Notes: generated by a model not told the origin, from the sequence alone. Shown: positions 29,523 to 40,393, counted from the first letter of the stretch. The stretch is 64,000 bases of DNA from a virus (IMGVR_UViG_2910822364_000002:1-64000), one strand, 5' to 3'. Numbers and translations are program-made.

Positions 29523-31214
29523 ATGAAAGATATCAAGGAACGGGTAAGGGATAAGAATCCGAAGATTCGAAATCCGGCTGCCCGACTTCCGAAAGAACTG
29601 GTTCGCTCAGCGGTTCTGGAAGCAAAAGAAAAGCCAAGGGAACTACATGAAAAAAGCAGTGGGCAGTCAGAATCCCCAACACAGTATGGAACTGAAAAAA
29701 TAGAATCCGTACAGTACAGAGCGGCGAGTGTGGCAGGAAAAAGTATAGGGAAAACCACATATCAAGGTGGAAAAAAACTTGCTGGAGTGACCTACAGGAA
29801 GATAAAGGAAAGAAAAAGCAGACAGGAAGAAGCGAAAGCTGCCGAAGAAGCAATGGAGCAGGGGGCAGAAAGCGGAAAGAAATTAATCAAGTTGAAACCG
29901 GAGCAGGCAGCACTTGCCAAGGAGAATGGTAAACGGCAGGTGAAAGCAGCACCGAGAGTGGTAAAAGTATCCGGTCTGTCTCAAGAAAAAATAAAGACAC
30001 AGGCATCCATGCAGAAACAGCAGATGGAAAAAAGTCTTCAGGCGATGCAGAAAGCAAGAGCAGCCCAGATGGCAAGAAAGTCAGCACAGGCATCGGCAGA
30101 AAGTGGAAAAGCAGTCCTTCAGGTAACTGGAAAGGGTTCAAAGTTATCCGTACAGGGAATTACAGCAGCGATTCAAAAAGGGGTAGTAGCTCTTGAAAAA
30201 ATGGGAAAATGGATTGCTGCCGGAGGTAGTGCATTTCTTCTGGTATTTATTCTGATTGTGGGAATCATTGCAGGAGCAGCTTTCAGCAGTAATTCGGAAA
30301 GCTCCGAATCCCTAAGTGAAGAAGTGCTTGCGTATACTTCTGTGATACAGCAGTATGCATCCCAATACGGCATTCCGGAATATGTGTCTGCGATACAGGC
30401 CATCATGATGCAGGAATCTGGAGGCAGGGGAACAGACCCGATGCAGTGTTCGGAAAGTCCATATAATACAAGATTCCCACACACTCCTGGTTCTATTACT
30501 GATCCGGATTATTCGATAGAGGTTGGAGTACAGACCTTTGCAGACTGTATCAGACAGGCAGGATGCAGCAGTCCACAGGATCTGGACAAGCTGAAACTTG
30601 CATGGCAGGGATATAACTATGGAAATGGCTACATAGGATGGGCATTGCAAAGAGGCGGTTATACAGAAGCCAATGCATTGCAGTTTTCACAGGAACAGGC
30701 AGCTTCGCATGGATGGAGCAGTTACGGAGATCCCCAATACGTTCCCCATGTGATGCGGTATTATTCCGGTGGCAGCCTGTTTGCTGGTTTGTTTGGTAAT
30801 CAGCAGATTGTGTCGGTTGCAATGGGGCAGCTTGGAAACAGTGGCGGTCAGAAGTTCTGGAGCTGGTACGGATTTGACAGTCGGGTAGAATGGTGTGCCT
30901 GTTTTGTAAGCTGGTGTGCGGATCAGAGCGGTCTGATTGCAAGTGGGAATGTTCCTAAATTCTCATTGTGCAGTGATGGAGTGTCCTGGTTTCAGGGAAA
31001 GAATAAGTGGCAGAGTGGCGGAACAACTCCGACAGCTGGAATGATCATCTTTTTTGACTGGGATCATGATGGAACATCGGATCATGTAGGAATAGTAGAA
31101 AAGTGTGAAGGTGGAAGAGTTTACACGATTGAGGGAAATTCCAGTGATCAGGTACGGCAGAGAAATTATGCAGTAGATTACAGTTCTATAATGGGATATG
31201 GGGTGATAAATTGA
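29523..31214 (+). CDS. Conjugation peptidoglycan hydrolase (lysozyme-like + CHAP; VirB1-like)
   Basis: IMMQESGG..DPMQ.SE lysozyme motif; WCACFVSW, HVGIV, IEGN CHAP motifs. Confidence 0.9.
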   Translation: MKDIKERVRDKNPKIRNPAARLPKELVRSAVLEAKEKPRELHEKSSGQSESPTQYGTEKIESVQYRAASVAGKSIGKTTYQGGKKLAGVTYRKIKERKSRQEEAKAAEEAMEQGAESGKKLIKLKPEQAALAKENGKRQVKAAPRVVKVSGLSQEKIKTQASMQKQQMEKSLQAMQKARAAQMARKSAQASAESGKAVLQVTGKGSKLSVQGITAAIQKGVVALEKMGKWIAAGGSAFLLVFILIVGIIAGAAFSSNSESSESLSEEVLAYTSVIQQYASQYGIPEYVSAIQAIMMQESGGRGTDPMQCSESPYNTRFPHTPGSITDPDYSIEVGVQTFADCIRQAGCSSPQDLDKLKLAWQGYNYGNGYIGWALQRGGYTEANALQFSQEQAASHGWSSYGDPQYVPHVMRYYSGGSLFAGLFGNQQIVSVAMGQLGNSGGQKFWSWYGFDSRVEWCACFVSWCADQSGLIASGNVPKFSLCSDGVSWFQGKNKWQSGGTTPTAGMIIFFDWDHDGTSDHVGIVEKCEGGRVYTIEGNSSDQVRQRNYAVDYSSIMGYGVIN

Positions 31215-31384
31215 TGGTTTCTTTCATAATTTGTTAAGGATTTTATAAGGGAGTTAATGAATCCTTTGGAAAATAGTCACAAAATAGACACAGTTGATTG
31301 ATAAATTGTTATTGTAACTTTTAGTGATAGACATATAAAGAGTTAGAAATCTTTATAATTGACTTGAATTAGGAGGTAGTGAAT

Positions 31385-33646
31385 ATGAGTGATCAGAATG
31401 TAAAAGCAGCACAAAAATATTTAAATGCGATGTTTGGTGGACATAAGGATTGAGTAAAACTGGATGAAGATGGAAAGACCGGAACAGCCGTGATGCAGGG
31501 AATCATTCGTGCATTTCAGATTCAGAATGGAATCTCAACGATTACAGGAACGGTTGGACCACTTACTATTAATACCATGAAGAAGTTAGCCATTATTACA
31601 AAAATGGATCCGAATGATACTCCGCAGGTTAATGTATGCTTGATTCAGTGTGCTCTGTTTTGCAAAGGATATGCTGCTGGAGGAATTACTGGAATTTATT
31701 ATACATCAGGAGTAAATGCAGTTAAAAAGATGCAGGAAAATGCAGGACTGGAAGTTACGGGCAAAATTGATTGGAAAGTTTGGTCTGGATTGTTATCCCT
31801 AAACTGGTTTACAAAGGTTTCTGGTGGGGATTCCAATATTGTTCTTATTCAACAGCAATTAAATAGTGACTGGTCAGATGTTATTGGTGTTGGACCTTGT
31901 GATGGAATTGCCTCAAGACAGACAATTTTGTCTTTAGTTGGTGCATTGCAGGCGGCTGAAGGAGTTACAACTGAATTAATTACAGATTTGAATTCAGTTA
32001 ATTTTGGCGATGCAACAACAAATGCGTTTCCGGGTACATTACAGAACGGACAGAACTCGACGAAATATGTTCCATTTAATAAGATTGCTCAATACGGACT
32101 ATATTTTAACGGATATAATCCGGGAAGATTCGATGGCGTGTTTGATTCGACTACAGAGTCAAAGGTGTCAGAATTTCAGGAGTTTTATGGTCTGACAGGA
32201 ATTGGACTTGTAACAAAAGGAAAAGTAAATGTTTCTACTATGAAATCATTGCTTACGAGTAAAGGCGATACAAACAGGGCAGCAAAAGCGTGTGACTGTG
32301 CAACAGTATTAAATAAACAACAGGCATTAGATATAAAAAATGCAGGGTATACTCATGTAGGACGTTATCTGACAGGTTCTGTTGGAAAAGAACATACACC
32401 GAAATATTTGACATCAACAGAAGTGAAAAACATTGAAAATGCAGGATTATCGGTATTCCCGATATATCAGGATGGAGGATATGAATTAAACTATTTTAAG
32501 GATCCGTCCCAGGGAAGTGTTGATGCACAGACAGCAATTTTAGCAGCCGAGAGAATCGGTATACCAAGTGGAACGACTATATACTTTGCAGTGGATTTTG
32601 ATTGTTATTCATATCAGATTGATACATTTATTATACCTTATTTTGAACAGATTCACATGATCTTTTTCAGTTCGACAAATGATAAAAATTATAAAGTCGG
32701 CATTTATGCACCAAGATATGTATGTACTAAAGTTTATGAAGCAGGATTGGCAAGTAAATCATTTGTGGCAGATATGTCAACTGGATTTAGCTGTAATTTG
32801 GGATATTCGATGCCGAAGAACTGGGCATTTGATCAATTTTGTGAGTTGAACTCATTTTCTTCATCACCTTCGTTCCCACTGGATAAAGATGCATATTCAG
32901 GGAGAGATACTGGATTTAAAAAGTTCGATGCCGTATCGACAAAAACAGATGAGGAAATAGCGCAAGAAAATCTTCGGGCAAAGGTAAAAATAGCACGAAA
33001 TCAATATGTCTATAATGTAATGGAGCCGCTTGGTTATCTGAATAAAATTATGGATGTGGGTGTGGAGTATGATAAGGAAATTTCACTGGGAACAATGATG
33101 AGTCCTCAAGGAGCAATTGATATTTCTACTAAAATATCCACATCGCTTGAAAGTTCAACTGGTAAAATTTATAATATAAAAGTGGATATAGGAAATGATG
33201 GAGAATTGACACAAACTTGCAAAAATCAAATTATGGAGATTTCATCAAATTTATCAGATACAGGTATAGAGGGAGCAGATAACTTTGGAAATACGATAGA
33301 AAAAATTGCTTTATCGGTTAAATCTGGTAATATTGCTTTTGAAATAAATAATGTTTTTGCCAATAGTGTAGAGTTTTCCATTGTATTTAGTACATCAGAT
33401 TTGCTGCCAGAAGAGGAAAAAGAGTGGACAATATCGGTTGCTTTGATTTTTACAATGACATTAAATTCTAATAGTGGTCTTGAATTTAATGTTGTAGAAT
33501 TCACAAAAGAGCATAGTAATATACTGGCAGGAGCCGTAATATTAGTTCTTGCGGGTGCATTAGTTGTAAATGCAATTCCGTCAATTATTGCTTTATTTTC
33601 AGCTGGAGCAGGTACTGTTTTTGGTTTGTTGATTCAAGCGCTGTAA
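31385..33646 (+). pseudogene. PG-binding + DUF1906 (GH25-like) hydrolase with C-terminal TM; in-frame TGA at codon 23
   Basis: RBS AGGAGG + ATG 31385; TGA at 31451-31453 in HKD*VKLDEDG; the frame continues (GTG 31490) through GRYL, FPIYQ, IYFAVDFD, WAFDQF. Confidence 0.75.
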
Positions 33647-33726
33647 ATTGTAAAAGAATAAAAGAGACAATGGCCAGAGGTTCGATTTTATAAAGAGGAC
33701 CTCTGGCAAAAGGGGGATTAAGAAGA

Positions 33727-34287
33727 ATGCATATTAAATCAATTGTGTCAGATGAGGATAGGGAAGAATTAGAAAGAATGCTTTCGCTTGGGTTTATAAT
33801 TCCTAATCAATTATTTAAAACAAGACAGAAAAGTAGAATGATTATCTATATTTTTACACCTGTAGAATTTTTACTGTCGATTAATTGTTATCTGTCGGAA
33901 AGTTATTTGATGTTTGGAATAGGGATTGGAACTTGTGTGGCTTGTGTGGCTTGGATTATTTGGTATCAAATGATTGGTAAAAATTTTGAAAAAAATGTTC
34001 ATGAATTTGTCTGGGGTAGATCAGGATATGAAACGGTGGATATCGATGAAAACGCAATTAAAATAGATGAAGATCAAATTTATGAATTTAAAAATATTGA
34101 TAGAATGTTCTTATATAAAAACTTCTTTTTTTTCATAACAAATGAAAAGAAAATATTTATATTTAAAACGACAGATATGGAGTCGGATGAACTTATAAAA
34201 ATTATTAAAACAACAGGGATTTTATTTGAAAAAAAAGAAAAACCATTTAATATTTATAAGTATTGTAAAAAAGGAAAAAGTTTTTAA
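33727..34287 (+). CDS. YcxB-like membrane protein
   Basis: Two TM helices followed by a beta-rich soluble domain; AT-rich. Confidence 0.6.
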   Translation: MHIKSIVSDEDREELERMLSLGFIIPNQLFKTRQKSRMIIYIFTPVEFLLSINCYLSESYLMFGIGIGTCVACVAWIIWYQMIGKNFEKNVHEFVWGRSGYETVDIDENAIKIDEDQIYEFKNIDRMFLYKNFFFFITNEKKIFIFKTTDMESDELIKIIKTTGILFEKKEKPFNIYKYCKKGKSF

Positions 34288-34690
34288 AAATAAGCAGAGG
34301 ATGGTGGATTTATCATCCTTTTAGAGAAGAGCATGTATTTTAAAGGGAATCTGGTTTTGCAGGTTCCCTTTTTGCCATCAAAAACGTTGATGTTTTATCA
34401 AATGACGCTAAAAATAAAAAGAATAATGCAGGGGGTGACATTATTAGTTATCGCTGTAATATTTGGATAAAATATAAATAAAACATAAAAAATATAAATA
34501 AATTATAAAATGGCGACAGTTTTTTCTTGTTCAAGTGTTTATTATATAGAGGACAAAATAAGACAGCAAAGGAAGTGGTGCTGTTGCATCGGAAAAATGA
34601 CACAAAATTAGTGATGTCCATTCGGGAAAAGAATTGAAGGGGATTCTTTTCCCCATTTGTCGTGTTACGAAAGACTGAGGGTAAGAAAAT

Positions 34691-35404
34691 ATGCTAGAAC
34701 TTGCAATCTGTGATGATGACATCATCCTATGTAATTGGTTAGAACAGAAGCTGCTCCATTATGGGAAAGCGAATGACTGTCAGATATCTATAGAAATATA
34801 CTATTCTGCGGAGCAGCTTCTTAACAGGCTGGAAGAAGAATCCTACGATATGTTATTCCTTGATATTTGTCTGGAACATGAGAATGGAATTGATATCGGA
34901 ACGGAGATACGAAAGAAAAATTATGGAAAAGAACTGCGGATTACCTATATTTCAACATATCAGGAATATGCTATGAAATTATTCCGTATTCATCCATTTG
35001 ATTTTCTTGTAAAGCCAATCCGAGAGGAAGAACTTTTCCGGGTGATAGGTGAATTACGGGAACTGTTAAAAGAACGGAAGAAAATATTTGAATATACGGA
35101 TACAAAAGGAATCCACAAGATTTCTTATGACAAGATCCTGTATTTTTATAGTCTGGGAAAAAGAGTACATATCGTGACATCGGAAAAAGAATATGAATAT
35201 CGAGGAAAATTAAAGGATGTAGCGGATGTAACAGAAGAATATTTCTTACTGATTCACAAGTCCTATCTCATCAATATGGAACACGTGGAGCATTACGAAT
35301 ATGACAACGTGGTTATGAAAGACAAGACACGTCTCAGTATCAGTAAAGCAAATCGCAAGAAGGTCAGGGAAAGACTATTACAAACGGAGAAGAAAAGATT
35401 ATGA
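34691..35404 (+). CDS. LytTR-family response regulator (AgrA-like)
   Basis: AICDDD, LFLDI, HPFDFLVKP, IHKSYLINM. Confidence 0.93.
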   Translation: MLELAICDDDIILCNWLEQKLLHYGKANDCQISIEIYYSAEQLLNRLEEESYDMLFLDICLEHENGIDIGTEIRKKNYGKELRITYISTYQEYAMKLFRIHPFDFLVKPIREEELFRVIGELRELLKERKKIFEYTDTKGIHKISYDKILYFYSLGKRVHIVTSEKEYEYRGKLKDVADVTEEYFLLIHKSYLINMEHVEHYEYDNVVMKDKTRLSISKANRKKVRERLLQTEKKRL

Positions 35405-36675
35405 ATATCCATTTGATCACTTATCTGACAAGTAAATTATTCTGGATTTATACTGTGTTCCGTTACAATACCATCCTGTATCCAAAAAATGAGGATACAC
35501 AAAAGCTATTTGCATATTTTTGTGCATATCTGCTTTCATGCTGGGGAAGCATGCAGTGGGGAACGATGTACGGAGATCTGATCTTTGAGCTGATAGCTCT
35601 GTTAATTATAACAGTGGCATATCAGGCAGACTGGCAACATCATGTCTGGAATACACTTATGGTATATATTATGGGAATTTTATGTGATGGGATTCCAATC
35701 GTGTTCTTTCAACGGTATGCGGTAGCAAGAAATCCGGTGCATCATCACATGGGACCGGGAACTATTGTAATGGGAAATTTTATATTCTTTTTACTGGAAG
35801 TCATTATTGAAAGAAAAGTAGGTGTAAAGAGAAGTTATTATATAAAGAACCGTCATTGGCTTGCTATGCTTTCTGTCCCGGTGATCAGCATTATAGTCTG
35901 TATCAGGATATTGCTGCCAGACAGAAGAGGTGTGCGGTCTACGATTGTATTATTCTTACTGTTTATCAATGTGTTTATTTTCTATCTGCACGATGAGGTT
36001 CAGAAAAGTTATATTGAAACAGCAAAACAGGAAGAGATGAAAATTCAGATGAGCCAGTATGCAAAAGAACTGGAGATGATGATGAAATCACAGGACAGGC
36101 TGAATAAGATACATCATGATTACAAGCACCATCTTACAACAATAGGGGCAATGGCAAAAACGGGAGGAAATGAAGAGATTCTATCGTATCTGAAACAAAT
36201 GGAGAATATAGCCGGAACAGCCTTATGTCATCATTTATATACAGAAAACCGTAATATGAATAATCTGCTGAATTATATTTTGGAAGATTCGAAATCAGTA
36301 ATTGAAAATCCGGAGATTTCTGTAGAAATACCGAATCATATAGGGGAAGAATTATTTGATATAAGTATAATAGTGGGAAATCTTATGGATAATGCTATTC
36401 GTGGGACAGCAGCTTCAGATGAAAGGAGATTATCGTTTCAGATGTATTATGGAAAAGGAATCATGAATATCCAGATTGAGAATAGCATAAAAGATACACC
36501 AAAAGTGCGGAATGGAATTTATCTGACAACGAAAAGCAGGAAAGAAGGACATGGAATAGGATTACAAAATGTGAAACTCGTAGTAGAAAAATATCATGGT
36601 CAGATGGAGATCTGCCATACGGAGAAATCCTTTCAAGTGAAAATATTATTATATATGAAATTAGATGAAAAATAG
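35401..36675 (+). CDS. GHKL sensor histidine kinase (AgrC-like)
   Basis: About 6 TM; HDYKHH, GNLMDNAI, HGIGLQNV. Confidence 0.92.
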   Translation: MNIHLITYLTSKLFWIYTVFRYNTILYPKNEDTQKLFAYFCAYLLSCWGSMQWGTMYGDLIFELIALLIITVAYQADWQHHVWNTLMVYIMGILCDGIPIVFFQRYAVARNPVHHHMGPGTIVMGNFIFFLLEVIIERKVGVKRSYYIKNRHWLAMLSVPVISIIVCIRILLPDRRGVRSTIVLFLLFINVFIFYLHDEVQKSYIETAKQEEMKIQMSQYAKELEMMMKSQDRLNKIHHDYKHHLTTIGAMAKTGGNEEILSYLKQMENIAGTALCHHLYTENRNMNNLLNYILEDSKSVIENPEISVEIPNHIGEELFDISIIVGNLMDNAIRGTAASDERRLSFQMYYGKGIMNIQIENSIKDTPKVRNGIYLTTKSRKEGHGIGLQNVKLVVEKYHGQMEICHTEKSFQVKILLYMKLDEK

Positions 36676-36703
36676 TAAGGCGATGGTGTCTTACTATTTT
36701 TTT
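36668..36703. terminator. Bidirectional terminator after the kinase
   Basis: AAAAATAGTAAGG/TCTTACTATTTTT. Confidence 0.65.
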
Positions 36704-36723
36704 CGACCGATTTCGTCTATTTT

Positions 36724-36783
36724 TGCCACCTCAAGGGGCATTTTTACCATTTATGAAAATTTTGTGATTTTTTAGATTATAGT
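36724..36783 (+). promoter_or_regulatory. Possible LytTR-box promoter
   Basis: TGCCACCTC and TACCATTTA spaced 21 bp apart, upstream of TATAGT. Confidence 0.35.
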
Positions 36784-36866
36784 AGTGCCAAAGTCAGAAA
36801 AAAGGAGGGTAGCGGTTATTTTGTAAAGGAATTATAGAAAAAGATTACAAGAGGGAGAAAGAGACT

Positions 36867-38156
36867 ATGAAGAGATTTCGAAAGTCGGCTATAGCCTTAG
36901 TACTTGCACTCCTGATGGCACTACAGGGAACAGAGCCTATTTTTGTACAGGCAAAAGAGGCCATTGAGGATGTACAGAAGAATGCAGATTTCTCCAGACC
37001 AGAGGCTTTGACGGAAGAGGAAGCAGGGATTACAGATTCCACATCTGGAGAACAAGATAAGAGTCAGCAGTCTGATGCGGACGTACAAAATGAAACGACG
37101 CCATCAGAAGATACAGAGACGCAGGAAGAACAGACAACTCCAGCGGAAGAAACAGAAGAAAATCCGCAGGAAAAAGAAGTGGAGTTGAAAGAACCACAGG
37201 ATTACTATCCGATTCCAGAAGAACCGGAAGGTGAACTGATTGATTATGATGCCATTTCCAAGACTTATAAGACAGGGGACAAGCAGTATACAACCGTTTA
37301 TGGAGGTTATGTCGGAACTTATAAGAATGAGGATGGAGATACCGAGCTGGTTGATAATACACTTGTAAAACCAGAAGAAGCAGATACTCCGGCATCCGAA
37401 GAAGCACAGGAAGCCAGCAGTGTAGTGGCAACTGAAGAAAAGGAAGAGAAAACAGAAGTTTATCAGAACAAGGCAAACGATTATGCTATCCTTCTTCCGG
37501 AACAGATGTCAGAAGAGAATGGTGTAACGATTGAAAATGGAAAGACCAGAATCGGGATCATTCCGGTAGATGGAGATTATACACATTCCGTTATTAAAGA
37601 CAATGCGATCCTTTATAATGAAGTTTACGAGGGCGCAGATGTTCAGTATACAGTACTGGATTCCAGCATTAAGGAAGATATCGTACTTCAGCAGCCAACA
37701 GACAGGGAAGTCTATGAATACGAGCTGCAGATTCCGGGGTATCAGGCAGAAGTAAAAGACAATCAGGTCTATATCTATCCGGAAGGGAAGACAATCAAAG
37801 ATGCGAAGTATCTTCTGGAGACGCCATCAATGGAAGATGCTGCCGGGGAAATCAGTTTCCTGATCACATTGGAACTTCGGGAAGAAGATGGAAAAACAAT
37901 CCTGACCGTAAAACCAGATAGGGATTGGCTTTCGGCAGAAGAACGTCAGTATCCGGTCAGGATCGATCCGACACCAGTAGAGATTCAGAAGAGTTCCTTT
38001 AACATGATCGGTGTGGAAGAGGGAAGTCCTACCAGTCAGATTGGTGACAACAATTATCCGTATGTCGGATTTGATGATGGTATTAAGTCTGGGAACCTTG
38101 CAGGATTTGGTACTGCACACCAGAACTGCCGGACTTATATGGATATATTTTTGTAG
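36867..38156 (+). pseudogene. N-terminal part of a WapA/RHS-like (DNRLRE-type) secreted protein, truncated
   Basis: Signal peptide, acidic linker, SIKEDIVL and ERQYPVRIDP motifs; the frame ends abruptly (CRTYMDIFL*) at the prophage boundary. Confidence 0.72.
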
Positions 38157-38216
38157 CATGAGAGAATGTCCATTTTAAGCCATTCTCTCATTTATTTGTT
38201 ACTAATCTGTTACTTG
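38131..38216. other. Candidate attL of prophage 2
   Basis: Gene break near 38138; ATGAGAGAATG/CATTCTCTCAT IR (38158-38191); tandem TGTTACT repeats (38197, 38208) resembling arm sites, just beyond the int stop. Confidence 0.55.
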
Positions 38217-38231
38217 TTGAATATAAAATTA

Positions 38232-39257
38232 TTATTTCAACAAAAGAATTGTCTCTCTTAATTGTTTTACTGTTTTATGATTATAAACTCTGTTTCCGAT
38301 ATCTTTAGATTTATGTCCCATCAGCATATCAATGCATTTTCTATTACCGCCTGCATTATCCAAAAATGTTTCAAAAGTATGCCTTGCCTCATGAGGCGTT
38401 TTCTTTTTCTTTGTTATATAGGCAATAACAACCTTCCATTCTTCATAAAAATCCCATTTTTTAAACTTGGAACCTTCATCATTTTCTAAAAAATATTCAT
38501 TACTTTTCTCTAACCGTTTTTTTACAAACGGCATGATACGAGGATGAATTGGAACAATTCTGTTTTTTCCAGAATCAGATTTACTTCCACCTTTAAAGTA
38601 TTGTTCTTCTAGGTTTACTTGATCACATGTCATATCTAATAATTCCATTAATCGGAATCCCGTATAAATATAGATTAAAACAATATCAACATTTTTTTGA
38701 TCAGATATTTTCCATAGAGCTTCAACTTCTTTTTCGGTAAATGGTGCGCGTTTTGACTCTTCCTGCTTGGCACTTACAGACGTTAATTGTGAATACATTT
38801 TATCTATGATATCTAATTCAAACGCAAAACTGTCTAAATGTCCCCATAGAACTTTGATATGAGCTTGCGTGGCATAACTGCGTTCACAGTTATCTATAGT
38901 TTCTTGCATTTGATAAGCTTTTATTTGTCTGTATTTCATTCCGTAGAGTTTTTGACAATGTTTATAAGCTGATTTGAGTGAGCTTAAACGAGAGGTTCCA
39001 AGTTTGGGACCTTTTATTTCAAGCCATCTCGTATATAAATCTGCAAGCGTCACTCGGTTACGATCAATGTTCCACGGATTGTCGTTGTACTTGGCCAAAA
39101 TGATGTTTGCTTCTTCACGAGTAGCAGCATAGTCCACTGGGACCTGTCTTCCGTGTCCGTCTTCATCATATGTAGTAACTTTTACAACGTATGGGCGTGA
39201 TCGGTTGCCTTTCAATTTAGTTACACTTCCATATCCGTTTGGATTTCTTCTTGTCAT
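38232..39257 (-). CDS. int: Tyrosine integrase of prophage 2
   Basis: GFR, GSK, HEARH, LMGH, VY catalytic set; N-terminal RRNPNGYGSV arm-binding motif. Confidence 0.93.
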   Translation of the reverse strand: MTRRNPNGYGSVTKLKGNRSRPYVVKVTTYDEDGHGRQVPVDYAATREEANIILAKYNDNPWNIDRNRVTLADLYTRWLEIKGPKLGTSRLSSLKSAYKHCQKLYGMKYRQIKAYQMQETIDNCERSYATQAHIKVLWGHLDSFAFELDIIDKMYSQLTSVSAKQEESKRAPFTEKEVEALWKISDQKNVDIVLIYIYTGFRLMELLDMTCDQVNLEEQYFKGGSKSDSGKNRIVPIHPRIMPFVKKRLEKSNEYFLENDEGSKFKKWDFYEEWKVVIAYITKKKKTPHEARHTFETFLDNAGGNRKCIDMLMGHKSKDIGNRVYNHKTVKQLRETILLLK

Positions 39258-39309
39258 ATACCATCATTCCTTTCCTAAAAAAGGGTACAAAAAATACACC
39301 CTTATCAAA

Positions 39310-39338
39310 TTGTGTTTTTGCAGGATGTATGATATAAT
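39310..39338 (+). promoter_or_regulatory. Antisense promoter (copy 2)
   Basis: TTGTGT-17nt-TATAAT with TGaTATAAT; spacer identical to copy 1. Confidence 0.72.
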
Positions 39339-39344
39339 TCTCTT

Positions 39345-39428
39345 GTCTAGGGAGAAGTAATATCATATGCTGCAAAGTGGTTGATAAACTTCTGAGATTC
39401 CGTCCAGTTGGTAGCTGGGCGGTTTTTT
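39345..39428 (+). ncRNA. Candidate cis-antisense sRNA (copy 2)
   Basis: AGAAGT/ACTTCT + TATCA/TGATA stem, followed by a terminator hairpin identical to copy 1. Confidence 0.6.
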
Positions 39429-39429
39429 G

Positions 39430-40353
39430 TTATTTATAAGCTTTATTTGCTCCGTATTTAGCTTGACTATTGGTAAATCCTTCGTATTCCAATTGTTTTA
39501 TGAGACCAGATTTTGAAAAAGATTGACTTTCTAAATAAGATGTTGCTTTTTTGTAGGCCTGATCTTTCCAATTAGCGTTGCAATTATTTGCAGCATATTT
39601 GGCTTCTTTAGTTGTAAATCCCTCATATTTAAGCTGTTTTATTAATCCGGACTTAGAAAATGCATCATAATCAAGATAGTCGAAAGCTTTATTTAGAGCA
39701 TTTTCTTCTCCCGTTGTAGGCGCGTAAGCCTCTGTAGTTTTTTCTGTAGTTGCTTCAGTTGTAACCTCTGTGGTTGTTGGTTCTTCTGTAGTTGCTTCAG
39801 TTGTATCATAAGCAGATGTGATTTCTATAGATTCAAAGATCTTATCAAACTCCGAAGAATAATCATTTTCGGGCGAGCTCATTGCACAAACTACAAAATA
39901 TCCGCTTTTTACAGGAAATACGAGCATTTCATTTTTATAAGTTTTTCCATCAATAGATTTATTATAATATAACTTCTCTACATCAATACTATTTATTTGT
40001 GCATATTCGCCTTTTAAATCATCTTTATAATCTTGAGATTTTTTAATACTATCCTTTACCTTTTCAACATTTTTAGAATCCAGTACATTACCATTGAATT
40101 TATGATAAACTACACTCAATAATCCATCATTATCTCCGAGCTCATTCTTATAATAAAGGGATGTATCATCTGAGTTGGAATCGGCAGCGATCCATGATTT
40201 TGGAATTTTATATTTTATCCCATATGAACTTTCTGTTTGCTCGAAATCTTTATATGGATCATCAGCTGTATCATCCTTTTTTGATGCACAAGCAATTAAA
40301 AAAATACAAATTAGTGATAATATTATCCCTAATGATATAAATCTTTTTTTCAT
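39430..40353 (-). CDS. ltp: Ltp-family host-surface lipoprotein (superinfection exclusion)
   Basis: Lipobox LIAC; Thr/Glu linker; two repeats A..KA..YL....FSKSGLIKQL.YEGFT. Confidence 0.88.
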   Translation of the reverse strand: MKKRFISLGIILSLICIFLIACASKKDDTADDPYKDFEQTESSYGIKYKIPKSWIAADSNSDDTSLYYKNELGDNDGLLSVVYHKFNGNVLDSKNVEKVKDSIKKSQDYKDDLKGEYAQINSIDVEKLYYNKSIDGKTYKNEMLVFPVKSGYFVVCAMSSPENDYSSEFDKIFESIEITSAYDTTEATTEEPTTTEVTTEATTEKTTEAYAPTTGEENALNKAFDYLDYDAFSKSGLIKQLKYEGFTTKEAKYAANNCNANWKDQAYKKATSYLESQSFSKSGLIKQLEYEGFTNSQAKYGANKAYK

Positions 40354-40393
40354 AAATTTTCCTCCTGATATAAAAATATGTTATAATCAATTT

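Larger units (their letters stand above)
2772..38140 (+). mobile_element. Truncated integrative conjugative element (MobC/relaxase, Gram-positive T4SS)
   Basis: Relaxase, VirD4, VirB4, VirB6, PrgI, CHAP hydrolase, SpaA adhesin, ParM. Both ends fall inside genes, so the boundaries are approximate. Confidence 0.88.

Noticed and set aside
34288-34690. agrD-like autoinducer peptide or agrB near the LytTR/GHKL pair
   Set aside because: No convincing small ORF with RBS and AgrD-like cysteine pattern was found.
2772-38140. Self-transmissible intact ICE
   Set aside because: No ICE recombinase or att ends, topoisomerase or sortase is visible in the window, and both ends are broken; missing parts could lie beyond prophage 2.
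39720-39810. Short tandem repeats in ltp
   Set aside because: Ordinary Thr/Glu low-complexity linker of the lipoprotein.
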